Source: a virus | IMG/VR virus record: IMGVR_UViG_3300002835_000015 | Coordinates: 64,001-128,000 of that record | Strand: one strand, 5' to 3' | Length of the DNA: 64,000 nt | Shown: positions 47,239-57,086 of the stretch, piece by piece | Numbering within the stretch: position 1 is the stretch's first letter | How the letters are laid out: every line of letters begins with the position of its first letter | The notes under the pieces: model-generated | Databases searched by the model: none | The model's input: the letters and a program-made list of their open reading frames with translations, nothing else | Told to the model about the DNA's origin: nothing | Program-made: the position numbers and the translations under genes

Positions 47239-47574
47239 TCATACCTCCAATGCTGAACGAATTCTACCTCTTACTACCTGTGTATTGCCACGATTATAAG
47301 TGCCTAGTGTAGCACTGTATACGTTTCTAGCAATTGATCGCGGAATACCCAGAAGTCGAGCAGCGAACTCTGTATCTTCACGATTATTACGAAAAAATCC
47401 AAACCCAGACTTGTGTGCTAAAGCAGTAATTGGATTTAATGTTACACCCTTGTAGTGACCACTTTGAATGGTGGCAACAACACGATTATGATTAATATCC
47501 CAATGATATGCATCAGCTAGGTTTGATAGTCTGTCAAAAAATTCAGTATAATTCATATCAATCTCCTTCTTCAT
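47239..47574 (-). CDS. Hypothetical protein
   Basis: ORF in operon. Confidence 0.65.
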   Translation of the reverse strand: MKKEIDMNYTEFFDRLSNLADAYHWDINHNRVVATIQSGHYKGVTLNPITALAHKSGFGFFRNNREDTEFAARLLGIPRSIARNVYSATLGTYNRGNTQVVRGRIRSALEV

Positions 47575-47797
47575 TGCTATTTAATTCTTCGAAAACTTGA
47601 ACATCTTTAACGCCATTTTGCACATAAGCCTTTAGTTGCTCAATCTCATTTTGAATTAAAGCCTGCTGCTTTGTCAATTCTTCAATCCTTTGAGCAACAT
47701 TTTGCAAATGTGCTTTTGCCATTTCTACAACCGTCATATCTTTTTCTCCTTGTTCTTTCACCTTGTTATACCCATTAGTACTGTCAAAAACAATCAT
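47558..47797 (-). CDS. Small coiled-coil protein
   Basis: Heptad pattern; start may be MTVVE. Confidence 0.6.
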   Translation of the reverse strand: MIVFDSTNGYNKVKEQGEKDMTVVEMAKAHLQNVAQRIEELTKQQALIQNEIEQLKAYVQNGVKDVQVFEELNSNEEGD

Positions 47798-48024
47798 GGT
47801 TTTTGTTCATATGTCATATAATCTAAAACTTGAAGATGAGTCCAATTAGGTTGATAATTGTCATCTGTTCCAAGTCTAGCAATATCTATATATTCACTTT
47901 CTAGCCTGACTACTAGTTCTGCAAGAAATTCTAGCTTGTTTGAGTAAACACATTCCTCTATCATATCTAGAGTCTCTTTTACTGTGCGTTTATTATTAGT
48001 ACTCATGTTTGATACTCCACACAT
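47794..48024 (-). CDS. Hypothetical protein
   Basis: ORF in operon. Confidence 0.55.
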   Translation of the reverse strand: MCGVSNMSTNNKRTVKETLDMIEECVYSNKLEFLAELVVRLESEYIDIARLGTDDNYQPNWTHLQVLDYMTYEQKP

Positions 48025-48440
48025 TCGACATCAGATTCATGAAATAATTCCCTTGATAATTCAAAGTCTTTTTCCCATCTATCTATTTTGTTTACGAATG
48101 AAACTATTCTGCTTATTCCTGACTGTATTATTAAACCAGCACATCTTGGACATGGCATAAATGGGTAAGTATATAAAGTACATCCTTCTACAGATTTATT
48201 AGCAAATAAGATTGCATTTATCTCGCCGTGTACAATAATATTATACTTTGTATCTCTCTCTTTCAGTCTATCATTATCTTCTATATGTTTAGGAAAACCA
48301 TTATATCCAACAGAGACTATTCTATTATTTTTATCAACTATGACAGCACCAACTTTAGTCGATGGATCTTTAGACCATCCAGAAATAAATTTAGCTAAAT
48401 CAAGAAACCTATAATCCCATTTAGACATTATAATTCCCAA
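48003..48440 (-). CDS. dCMP deaminase
   Basis: SKDPSTKVGAVI, GYNGFP, HGEINA, PCPRC. Confidence 0.9.
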   Translation of the reverse strand: MGIIMSKWDYRFLDLAKFISGWSKDPSTKVGAVIVDKNNRIVSVGYNGFPKHIEDNDRLKERDTKYNIIVHGEINAILFANKSVEGCTLYTYPFMPCPRCAGLIIQSGISRIVSFVNKIDRWEKDFELSRELFHESDVECVEYQT

Positions 48441-48994
48441 ACTATTTGATAGCCATCAAAAATAGGATCTATACCTATGTTCTTCATAAATTGTTTAACG
48501 TATTTACCTTTACCGTGTCCATTTTCAAAATTGTCATCTACAGCAATTATAGTTCCGGCAGAACATGAAGGCCAAATACATAACAATTCCATAATATGGT
48601 GCATAGATGATGGGTGAGGATTGTTATGATCAAAATCGTAAGAATCTAGATACAAAAGATCTACTGTTTTGTTTATTTCTCTCAACTGTTTATTCATATG
48701 AAATAAATAAGAAACTGAATCAGAACATATAAGACTTATATTTTTAGTTATACTTTTTGCTAATTCTATATTATATGGATTTATATCTATTGAATAACAT
48801 TGACCTTTATTGTCTTGAATAAACTTATCAAATATTACAGTTGACATTCCAGCACCGTAATCATTTACTTGTCTTACACAGCCAGTTTCTATAATCAACG
48901 GACTATCTTTTTTTGATAATTTGTCAATCATCAATTGAAAAGATTCTTTGCGTAATCCATTATTGTTTATTATTTCTTGTAATTCCAGTTCCAT
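48428..48994 (-). CDS. Class I SAM-dependent methyltransferase-like protein
   Basis: IIETG, SIDI, DS, DLLYLDS, VDD. Confidence 0.7.
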   Translation of the reverse strand: MELELQEIINNNGLRKESFQLMIDKLSKKDSPLIIETGCVRQVNDYGAGMSTVIFDKFIQDNKGQCYSIDINPYNIELAKSITKNISLICSDSVSYLFHMNKQLREINKTVDLLYLDSYDFDHNNPHPSSMHHIMELLCIWPSCSAGTIIAVDDNFENGHGKGKYVKQFMKNIGIDPIFDGYQIVWEL

Positions 48995-50037
48995 TAAATG
49001 CTCCTATCAAAGTGTACCCTATTAACTTTAACAAATTCTGCACATTTTGGAAGGTCTTTTATACTATCTGCCCCAACATATGCACAAGCACTTCTGATAC
49101 CACCCAATATATCATCAATGACATCTGATACCTCACCCTTATATTCTACCGTCTTAACGCGACCTTCACTGGCCCTATAATTTTTAATTCCACCATATTT
49201 TTCCTGTGCTGCATGGGAACTCATCCCATAGAATGTTAAAACCCTACTACCGTTTATATGACTCCATTCTCCACTGCATTCCTCTGTACCAGCAATCATG
49301 CCTCCAAGCATAACAAAGTCTGCACCAGCAGCAAATGCTTTTACAACGTCTGCTGGAGTCCTACAGCCACCATCTGCACAAATTAGACCCAAGTGCTTGT
49401 GTTGTGCTTTTAATCCATGGGCAGCGTGAGAGCATTCATTAATTGCTGATAATTGAGGATATCCTACTCCAGCTTTTAGTCTTGTTGTACATGCTGATCC
49501 CGGCCCAATTCCAACCTTAACAATATCAACGCCACCGTGAAGAATTAATTCATGAACCATTTCGGGAGTACATACATTGCCAGCCATTATAACGGGCCTA
49601 GTTCCAAACTTCTCCCTTATTTTTGCACAGTGGTCTACAAACTTATCTGTATATCCATTAGCAACATCAATACAGATATTTGGTATATCTTCTATTCTAT
49701 CAACTATCTTCCTAAGTTTGCTGACTTCTTCATCATTAATTCCCATGCTATACCAAAATGTATTTAGATCTTGGAGATTTTCTATATAATCTTCTATATT
49801 ATAATGTTTGTGTAGGCATGTGATACAATTTTTCTTTGATAGAGATTCTGCCATTTCGAATGTGCCAGTGGTATCCATATTCGCGGCCATTATAGGAACA
49901 CCACTCCACTCCAAAGATGAGTGAAAAAATTTAAACGTTCTTTTTACATCGACCAAGGACCGTGAGGCGGCTCGGGATCTCTGTGGAACGAGTAATACAT
50001 CATCGAAATCAAGTTTTGTATCGTTATTAATATTCAT
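48994..50037 (-). CDS. guaC: GMP reductase
   Basis: LDFDDVLLVP, AANMDTTG, DVANGY, KVGIGPGSACTTR, FYGMSS, YRASEG; 347 aa, no CBS. Confidence 0.9.
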   Translation of the reverse strand: MNINNDTKLDFDDVLLVPQRSRAASRSLVDVKRTFKFFHSSLEWSGVPIMAANMDTTGTFEMAESLSKKNCITCLHKHYNIEDYIENLQDLNTFWYSMGINDEEVSKLRKIVDRIEDIPNICIDVANGYTDKFVDHCAKIREKFGTRPVIMAGNVCTPEMVHELILHGGVDIVKVGIGPGSACTTRLKAGVGYPQLSAINECSHAAHGLKAQHKHLGLICADGGCRTPADVVKAFAAGADFVMLGGMIAGTEECSGEWSHINGSRVLTFYGMSSHAAQEKYGGIKNYRASEGRVKTVEYKGEVSDVIDDILGGIRSACAYVGADSIKDLPKCAEFVKVNRVHFDRSI

Positions 50038-50050
50038 TATTTACTCCAAG

Positions 50051-50084
50051 AAAAAACCGACAGGGGAATTTCTTCCCCCATCGG
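50051..50084 (-). terminator. Rho-independent terminator after rIIB
   Basis: CCGATGGGGGAA...TTCCCCTGTCGG then T6. Confidence 0.75.
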
Positions 50085-50097
50085 ATTTAACACACAA

Positions 50098-50967
50098 TCA
50101 AACACTAACAGCCTGCCTACGCTTGGAAAGAACTCTATTAAGTCTATCCATCTTTGCCGTAACCTCAACAACCCAATCCCGGTTACGCTTCTTACGATTA
50201 ACATGTTCAATATCATCACCGGTCATATGAACAACCTTATCGAAAATGCTATCAAATTCAGATACAACTTCATATCGACAAGTGCGAAGCTTTTGAAACT
50301 TAGAGTCATTTGGTACGCTAACAACATCGCGTGGATTAACCTTGCAAATCATTAGACGATTGCCACCGCCATCATTATCGTTATCAATATCAATGCCGCC
50401 ATAACTCTTAGCATAATCAATAGCACCAACGTGTAGACCCTTACCACAACCGTTGTCACGATTGCTGTCTACCTTACTACGCTGGACTTCGCAAATAGAA
50501 CCAACGCGATTGTCAAAAGTGCCGGAATAAATATCCTTGTAGTCTTCGCGTACAGCCTTATAGGACAAGAAACAACCATCATATGTGATAGGCATGTTCT
50601 TGTTTTCCATAAAGTCGAACAACTCAATAACAGCATGGTCAGATGGATTCTGACTAAGATTATCAAGGAAATTCAACATAGGCTCAAAAGGAAAACCTTG
50701 CTTAATCATATCAAGGATTGTTCCAGTAAACATATCGGGCATCTTAATTCCATCCCAACTCAAGCCACCATCTTGGCAATTTACATATCCATCGCAGTAA
50801 GCATTAACATGCGAAATGATATCGTAAGAAGCCTCAAAGTGTTCGACATTGTTATTCTTAAGATGATTAATTAACTTATTATAGTTAGGGTGGGACTTGC
50901 CGAAGCAGTATGCCTGACCACTAACAACCGCAGTAACAGTACCGTCATTTGCAATAATGTATTTCAT
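50098..50967 (-). CDS. rIIB: rIIB-like protein
   Basis: ITYDGCFLSYKAV, C..GLHVG, KVNPRDVVSVP.D, KLRTCRYEV. Confidence 0.85.
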   Translation of the reverse strand: MKYIIANDGTVTAVVSGQAYCFGKSHPNYNKLINHLKNNNVEHFEASYDIISHVNAYCDGYVNCQDGGLSWDGIKMPDMFTGTILDMIKQGFPFEPMLNFLDNLSQNPSDHAVIELFDFMENKNMPITYDGCFLSYKAVREDYKDIYSGTFDNRVGSICEVQRSKVDSNRDNGCGKGLHVGAIDYAKSYGGIDIDNDNDGGGNRLMICKVNPRDVVSVPNDSKFQKLRTCRYEVVSEFDSIFDKVVHMTGDDIEHVNRKKRNRDWVVEVTAKMDRLNRVLSKRRQAVSV

Positions 50968-50995
50968 GTTATGTCTCCTTAAACTTATTATAGCG

Positions 50996-53128
50996 TCACA
51001 GTGAGTTAAGAACAGTTTGGGCCTTCAGGCCCGATTCAATAGTATCGATATAGTCAGCAACAAGCTTCCTATCAGCATCATTCCAAGGAATCGAAAGCAG
51101 TCTGAGCATAGGATACTTCTTCATTTCCTTGTCAAACTTGCTAGCGAACTTATTATCATCGAGTTTCACATCGCTAAAACTAACCTTCTCAACATTGGGC
51201 AACATCTTTGACATGCTGTAAATCATATTCATTTCTGTTGCAATGTTATTAATGTTGGAGCAATATTCGTTGTATTCATTAATGATGTTCTTGACTTCGC
51301 TATTAGAAGTCATCGTAATGATATCCTTCCATCGATCATATCGCTCATTTGAAAGTGGAACCCTACGATTAACATTAATAATATTTTGCTTGTTGGTCTT
51401 TGTGGCATGATCAAAAACTTTTTCAAGTACGTTAACACCACGGGTCCAGTTACCACGCTCATCAAGCTTCCTATTCTTTACAACGGATGGCTTGACAATA
51501 TAAAACGTAGCATCTTCAACCATGTCAGAGTGATTCTTGCAAACATATTCAAGTACATTTTCAAGAAAACTGACATCAACTTCGTGAGAATCAATTTCAA
51601 CAGAACCCTTAGACTCTGTGAAATAGTGAGCATTCTCATACTTTACGCTCATGTTGCAATCCTCAAAGCGACCAGTTTCTTCATTGAAAACCCGTGCCTG
51701 TACAACTGGACCAGAGTTTGTAAACCCATAACTAGAACGATTGTAATTAACTTTATCAAGAGTTGAAGTCAAGACAACATCTGTCCGATCAGCATCACCA
51801 AGGATACCATACAAACGGCAGTTGTCAATAGTCTCGCTTTCCTTAAGCTTGTAGACATAGCAAGCCTGAGAGCCACCGTTCTCTTTCATGTACTGACGAA
51901 TTCGACTAACTCCACCCCTAGTAAGGTTATCAATAAAAAACTTTGTGTGAGTATTAAAGACAATACGCTCAACACCGTACTTAATATCAACCTTAGAACG
52001 ATACTGGGACTTTTCCATCAAGTTAATACCACTATCTTTAGCATTGATATACTCTCCAGCAACGCTATCAAAAAGCTTCATATCATTCCAAGTGATAGAC
52101 TTTTGAAGAGACTGAACAGCAGTATTGATAGACGAACACTGATTGCTAATCTGAACATACTTCATACGGGCCTTAAACAAAGAAGGCTGGCTAGCAATTT
52201 GTTCTTCAATCTTAACAGCAATCTCGTTAATGATATTATCAATCATGCTAAGAATATTCTTTTTAGTGTCTCGACTATATGAAAGAGACTCACGACTAGG
52301 AGTAATGTCAACATCTCCAATATTCACAAAGATTCTCAGTCCGTTAGAATACTCAATAAATTCACGATGACGTTGGAAAGACTTGTCACCATTAGCAGTA
52401 AACTGGTTAACGTCAATTGGGTATGAGATCTGACCCATCACAATAAGATTCTCTCTGGCATTGTCATCAAAGTACCAGTTGGTTCCAGCCAGAACCTTAT
52501 CAATGCTACGGAATGAGGGCTTATAAGCCACAAAGTTTGGCTTTACCTTGAAATGTTCATAAACATGGTGCGATTCATGTTGAAATCGGTTGATATCATA
52601 CTCATTCACATTGATAGAAACCTTGATACCATTCTGTTCGCTGGTATCAGACTCGTCCATCAAAGAGAAGACGGGACTGCCGCTCTCATCCTTATAGGCA
52701 GTATAAAGCCTACGAGTACCATCAAGATAAGCCTCAACGGTAAAACTATCGGAGTATGCAAAGGGAGCCTTGCTACCCAGACCAAGACAACCAACCGCAT
52801 CATTGCTATTATTTCGGGTGCTACGGAAATACGTAGTATAGAGTTGCATACAGTTTTCATGATCCATGCTAGTGCCGTAGTCACGAATAGAGAATACGGG
52901 CGAGATGGCGGTGGGGATATGAACGTCAAAAGGTACGTTTGCCTTGCCAGCCTCAACGTGAGAATCGTAGGCATTAGTAGAGAGTTCACGAACAACTGCG
53001 AGAATCTTGTTAGAATAAAGACCGTCAGAAAGGATAAAGAATGCCTTAGACGATGCTTCGATGCTGAACTTGGACTCTTCAAACTGACCGGACTTCTCAA
53101 TAACGTTCGTACTAGCGTGAAGTTTCAT
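50996..53128 (-). CDS. rIIA: rIIA-like protein (GHKL ATPase N-terminus)
   Basis: LYSNKILAVVRELSTNAYD, RDYG, STR, GLGSKAPFAY. Confidence 0.85.
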   Translation of the reverse strand: MKLHASTNVIEKSGQFEESKFSIEASSKAFFILSDGLYSNKILAVVRELSTNAYDSHVEAGKANVPFDVHIPTAISPVFSIRDYGTSMDHENCMQLYTTYFRSTRNNSNDAVGCLGLGSKAPFAYSDSFTVEAYLDGTRRLYTAYKDESGSPVFSLMDESDTSEQNGIKVSINVNEYDINRFQHESHHVYEHFKVKPNFVAYKPSFRSIDKVLAGTNWYFDDNARENLIVMGQISYPIDVNQFTANGDKSFQRHREFIEYSNGLRIFVNIGDVDITPSRESLSYSRDTKKNILSMIDNIINEIAVKIEEQIASQPSLFKARMKYVQISNQCSSINTAVQSLQKSITWNDMKLFDSVAGEYINAKDSGINLMEKSQYRSKVDIKYGVERIVFNTHTKFFIDNLTRGGVSRIRQYMKENGGSQACYVYKLKESETIDNCRLYGILGDADRTDVVLTSTLDKVNYNRSSYGFTNSGPVVQARVFNEETGRFEDCNMSVKYENAHYFTESKGSVEIDSHEVDVSFLENVLEYVCKNHSDMVEDATFYIVKPSVVKNRKLDERGNWTRGVNVLEKVFDHATKTNKQNIINVNRRVPLSNERYDRWKDIITMTSNSEVKNIINEYNEYCSNINNIATEMNMIYSMSKMLPNVEKVSFSDVKLDDNKFASKFDKEMKKYPMLRLLSIPWNDADRKLVADYIDTIESGLKAQTVLNSL

Positions 53129-53173
53129 AATTGCTAATCTCCTAAAAAGTGCTTAAGTGCTGTGTGTACTTTG

Positions 53174-53201
53174 AGTATACCAGAGTTATCGGCAGTGTCA
53201 A
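53174..53201 (-). promoter_or_regulatory. Sigma70-like promoter with CGATA spacer motif
   Basis: TTGACA-N16-TATACT with TGn extension and upstream A-tract. Confidence 0.7.
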
Positions 53202-53221
53202 GCGGCCAGTTTAATTTTTTT

Positions 53222-53530
53222 TCAACGGTTGTCTTCTACACAGAAAGATATGGGTTCTAATGCAAAGTCAACTAAATGACCATCAATATATTCTGCCCAT
53301 TCATCAATAAAAGATCCTATGGTATCTATATCATCTGTGCAATATCTATATGAATTATAATCGTTTATAGAATCATCCCAAATCACTATAGAGTCATTGG
53401 TCACTTCTACATTCTTTATATTTTCTTTGAAGTGCTTTGCTGCTAATAACTCAAGTGGTGAATACCTATTATCACGCATAGCACGAATAATATCACTTTC
53501 ACTCATTTCAAGCTTGATTTTCATTTCCAA
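53222..53530 (-). CDS. Hypothetical protein
   Basis: ORF in operon. Confidence 0.65.
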   Translation of the reverse strand: MEMKIKLEMSESDIIRAMRDNRYSPLELLAAKHFKENIKNVEVTNDSIVIWDDSINDYNSYRYCTDDIDTIGSFIDEWAEYIDGHLVDFALEPISFCVEDNR

Positions 53531-54156
53531 TCCAAAGCCTCACTAATTGTAGGGAATTGTTGTACAAAAATTTCTTTGCATCCATTCGCTATATCCATAT
53601 GTTCCTTCTGAGTACCGCTTTTTTCTCTTAGTGCTATATACGTAATCCATGATCTGACATTTCCAGAAACATAAAGTCTGGTAGGAGTTGCTAGTGGTAA
53701 TACAAACCTAGCACACTCTTTAGCCACCCCGTCTTTAATCATGTCATCGTATATTGATTTTGTTTTAGCGAAATGCTCACGAATTTTTGTATTCCATTTA
53801 ACTCGTACTTCATCGCTAATGTCATCTATACTGTTTTGTCTATTTTTAGTATCTTGACGGCGAAGTTCAAATAACGGAATGTCTTCTGCTAACAATGCTG
53901 TATCGGCATAACGTTGGCTAAACTCTTGAAAAGTAAAGCTTCTGTGTCTTAGAATCTGAGCAGCAATACCTCTTGTTGTATTAATTTCAACAGTCATAAA
54001 GCCGTGCTCAAAAATACTCCAATGCTGATGCTCAATACAATATTTCAAAAGTTTAGCATAGTTATCGTTATCTTGTCCTTTTGGATTTGATACTCTAGCA
54101 CAATATGCCATTAATTTTTCTGCATCGGGAGTAACGCTAATTAATTTTACATTCAT
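53521..54156 (-). CDS. thyX: Flavin-dependent thymidylate synthase
   Basis: HWSIFEH, QILRHRSFTFQEFSQRY, ECARFVLP, TQKEH. Confidence 0.95.
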   Translation of the reverse strand: MNVKLISVTPDAEKLMAYCARVSNPKGQDNDNYAKLLKYCIEHQHWSIFEHGFMTVEINTTRGIAAQILRHRSFTFQEFSQRYADTALLAEDIPLFELRRQDTKNRQNSIDDISDEVRVKWNTKIREHFAKTKSIYDDMIKDGVAKECARFVLPLATPTRLYVSGNVRSWITYIALREKSGTQKEHMDIANGCKEIFVQQFPTISEALDWK

Positions 54157-54653
54157 GTTTTTTCTCTATTAAATTTATCTGTTCTAGTTTCCCACCAAAA
54201 ATGCGCCATTGTTGTATCGCCATCAAAATATATTGGACAAAAATCTGGACGAAAAACGCTATTAAGATCACAGGCTATGCAAGTAAAAAATAATTGAGAT
54301 CTTGGATAACCATAATCTAAAAGTTTTTGTTCTATTTTCTTAAAATTATTTCCACTGAGACATCCGCTATCTACTACAATTAAGATATAGTATGGATCTA
54401 ATTGATTTGGATGAATAAATGCTTCAAACTCATCTTTATATGGAATATTAACGGGTTCTATATCTATAGGCTCATCTTTATTTGATAATTTATGAGATAT
54501 TAATTGAGCCACAAGCCCAGAATATTCATAACTTAATTGTAATATACCTATGCGACTAGACAAGTTAATAAGACTATTATGACGAATTTCATCGCATATT
54601 TTATCTATACATTTGGTTTCCCATTCTCTATCAATAAATAAACTATTTTTCAT
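54153..54653 (-). CDS. Phosphoribosyltransferase-like protein (variant PRPP loop)
   Basis: ILIVVDSGCLSGNN, PDF, FWWE. Confidence 0.5.
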   Translation of the reverse strand: MKNSLFIDREWETKCIDKICDEIRHNSLINLSSRIGILQLSYEYSGLVAQLISHKLSNKDEPIDIEPVNIPYKDEFEAFIHPNQLDPYYILIVVDSGCLSGNNFKKIEQKLLDYGYPRSQLFFTCIACDLNSVFRPDFCPIYFDGDTTMAHFWWETRTDKFNREKT

Positions 54654-54858
54654 TATACTCTCTTTGGTGATCTAGCCACTTACCATTCGTATGATGATTA
54701 AATATTGCCCTAGCCAGTTTACTAACGCTTGGAGCAGCACCGCTACCGCTAATAGAATTATCACTAGATTTTGCCCAATAATACTGAGCATCGTCTTTAT
54801 CTTTAATAGTCTCATATCCAAGACCTTTGGCCCACGATCTTATTTCTGTCCAAGTCAT
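54643..54858 (-). CDS. Hypothetical protein
   Basis: ORF in operon. Confidence 0.6.
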   Translation of the reverse strand: MTWTEIRSWAKGLGYETIKDKDDAQYYWAKSSDNSISGSGAAPSVSKLARAIFNHHTNGKWLDHQREYNEK

Positions 54859-55202
54859 TTTTGTAATTGGTCTTCTGACCTTACCTTTTGCTTGTGGGAA
54901 TACCCACTAGAAAATCCAGACATAAATGCTTCTTTTAAAAGCGGAATATCACTCTTCATTATGTTCTGGTTTTGTAGCCAATCGATGAACATTTTATCTT
55001 CGTCGCAAAGTTCTGGCCCACATAATTCATTATACCTATACTTTATGGTATTAAACATACTGTCTATGCATATAAAGTAGAAGTCATCTTTTATACAAGA
55101 ATTTTCAAAATTCTGATGCCATCCAGATATTACCACAATATCTCCAGAATGGGTGTAAATTTTATCACCAATTTTTATACGCAAGGCTTCTTTAAATATC
55201 AT
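54855..55202 (-). CDS. Hypothetical protein
   Basis: ORF in operon. Confidence 0.6.
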   Translation of the reverse strand: MIFKEALRIKIGDKIYTHSGDIVVISGWHQNFENSCIKDDFYFICIDSMFNTIKYRYNELCGPELCDEDKMFIDWLQNQNIMKSDIPLLKEAFMSGFSSGYSHKQKVRSEDQLQK

Positions 55203-55839
55203 ATAATTTTTCTTTTGCTATTATCTCATAATATTCTGGAGTAAATTCGCCTTTTCTCATAGCTTCATTGTACCAAGGCGTATCTTGTTTGTCAAACAGT
55301 ATTCTGTGTTGCATACTGCTATTTAATCTTTTAGACCCATTTACCTCAAATTCCCAAGGGTTTTCTGAACCGTGGTTGATCAAGCAAGATTTAAAAAACT
55401 CTTTATTCCATATAGAAGCTTGCATTGATATTGTATATAAACTATGCTGACGCAATGCATACATGTTTCCTATTATATGAAACTTATTATATAATCTACT
55501 ATCTTCATGAATTCCTAATCTATTTATTCCCTGCCGACATATTTGAATATACATATCAAATTGTGACTTTGGTATAGTTTTTCTCAAAAAATAATCATCC
55601 TGTAACCATAATACGTACTCTGTATCGACTCTATCTAGAGCATACTTTAGACAATCTGAATAAGGTATTTTGCCCGGTAAAATAGATTTAAAACCATAGT
55701 CGTTAAATTCTAGGGTTTCTGATAAAAAATATCTTGGAATATCTATATTGTGGTCCCAGTATCTGTTGAATAATAGACCAAATTTGTTCCATAGGAAATT
55801 GTATTTATCGCAAGTGCCGACTAATAAAGTAATGTCCAT
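55192..55839 (-). CDS. Putative GT-A-like glycosyltransferase
   Basis: TCDKY, YVLWLQDDYFL, IWNK, PWEFE. Confidence 0.55.
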   Translation of the reverse strand: MDITLLVGTCDKYNFLWNKFGLLFNRYWDHNIDIPRYFLSETLEFNDYGFKSILPGKIPYSDCLKYALDRVDTEYVLWLQDDYFLRKTIPKSQFDMYIQICRQGINRLGIHEDSRLYNKFHIIGNMYALRQHSLYTISMQASIWNKEFFKSCLINHGSENPWEFEVNGSKRLNSSMQHRILFDKQDTPWYNEAMRKGEFTPEYYEIIAKEKLYDI

Positions 55840-55849
55840 ATTGATTTTC

Positions 55850-55856
55850 GTGTATA
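55850..55856 (+). promoter_or_regulatory. GTGTATA candidate late promoter
   Basis: On plus strand, about 45 nt upstream of the only internal plus-strand gene. Confidence 0.6.
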
Positions 55857-55900
55857 ATTGTAATGAGTACTCGATTTTAGAACCTTATAAGGAGATTTTT

Positions 55901-56269
55901 ATGCCTTTTTCACCAACACAATCTGGTAACATGTTTCCCGGCAGAAACGTATTCTTCCCCGGCATTATAGCTGGTCCATCTACTGTCACTGGTACTAGTG
56001 GCATATTCATCCCATTTGCCGCATTAGAAAGTTATAATGTTGGTAATAGTGGTGAAATCGGAGAATTAGTATATTCAATAGTAGATAAGTTTGTAACTGG
56101 TTTAAACAATTTATCTGGTGTTCCTACGCTTGCAGATGATCTCCCAAGTAAGTTTAGTGCTTCAAGACAAACATCGTTAACTTCAGATAACACTGCCACA
56201 AAAACATACTCAATGAGTTTTGATCTTAATGTTTCAAGTGCCAAGTATGATCTACAAAGCGAAGCATGA
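55901..56269 (+). CDS. Putative virion protein (lone plus-strand gene)
   Basis: AAGGAG SD before ATG 55901; Ser/Thr/Gly-rich. Confidence 0.7.
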   Translation: MPFSPTQSGNMFPGRNVFFPGIIAGPSTVTGTSGIFIPFAALESYNVGNSGEIGELVYSIVDKFVTGLNNLSGVPTLADDLPSKFSASRQTSLTSDNTATKTYSMSFDLNVSSAKYDLQSEA

Positions 56270-56321
56270 TGGATAGGGTTTGATAGAGAACATACGTATG
56301 TTTGGTTAAGAGGGCGAACTT

Positions 56322-57086
56322 TTAGTTCGCTCTCTTTTTTTGTATATGTGTCTTGATCCAATCTAAGAAGTTACTAATCCTCGTATGACAACCATCATCA
56401 TTATACGTTGAGTCTGGCTTTTTGTCAAGGGTTGTGACACAAGAATTTATACCAGCCAATTTGCCATCTATAAATAAACCGCCGCCGCTATCCCCGCTAC
56501 CTATTAAGAATTCAAGCTCTGTTCTATTTAATATAGAAGGACTGCAAATTAAAAGATCATTTTCTATTCTATCTATTTTATTTGATCCGCCCCTTTTTTT
56601 CTTGTCTCCATTCTGTATTCCAGTTATAAAAGTACCAGTTTTACCATAGCCAGCAATAGCGCATATTTTGTCAACTTCATTTGATTCTTCGTATAGCTTT
56701 GGATAAAATTCAAGCTCTATGTCTGATGTTGTATGACATAATGCTATATCTGCAAATCCAAATTGCTTCTCTTCAAAGTTTTCATGGCATATAATTTCAT
56801 CTATAACTATGATCTGTTTTTTCTTTTCGCTGTGTAAGAAAGCAAACTTAGAGTCTTTCACAACATGAGCCGCCGTTAATACCCAACGAGAATCTATAGC
56901 AACAGCAGAGGCTGAGAATAAACCATCATTATTATAAGAACCCATTATCTCTAATACGCAATCAAATTTTTTACCATATTCAATATATTTTTCATCTGGA
57001 GTATTGGGGTCTATTGTGCCAGCATATATATTAGATATTAAACCAATAAGAAATCCAACTACGAGGTTGTTGATAAGTTTGTTCAT
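56322..57086 (-). CDS. Exported trypsin-like serine protease
   Basis: Signal-like N-terminus; VLTAAH, DIAL, GDSGGG. Confidence 0.85.
   Translation of the reverse strand: MNKLINNLVVGFLIGLISNIYAGTIDPNTPDEKYIEYGKKFDCVLEIMGSYNNDGLFSASAVAIDSRWVLTAAHVVKDSKFAFLHSEKKKQIIVIDEIICHENFEEKQFGFADIALCHTTSDIELEFYPKLYEESNEVDKICAIAGYGKTGTFITGIQNGDKKKRGGSNKIDRIENDLLICSPSILNRTELEFLIGSGDSGGGLFIDGKLAGINSCVTTLDKKPDSTYNDDGCHTRISNFLDWIKTHIQKKRAN

Noticed and set aside
47764-47786. TTGACA...TATAAC promoter-like pair
   Set aside because: Spacer is only 11 nt
48994-50037. IMP dehydrogenase (guaB)
   Set aside because: ANMD, DVANGY, FYGMSS and YRASEG motifs and length fit GMP reductase better
51017-53137. Long plus-strand ORFs (up to 194 aa) opposite rIIA, and similar antisense ORFs elsewhere
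   Set aside because: Shadows of well-supported minus-strand genes; no recognisable motifs
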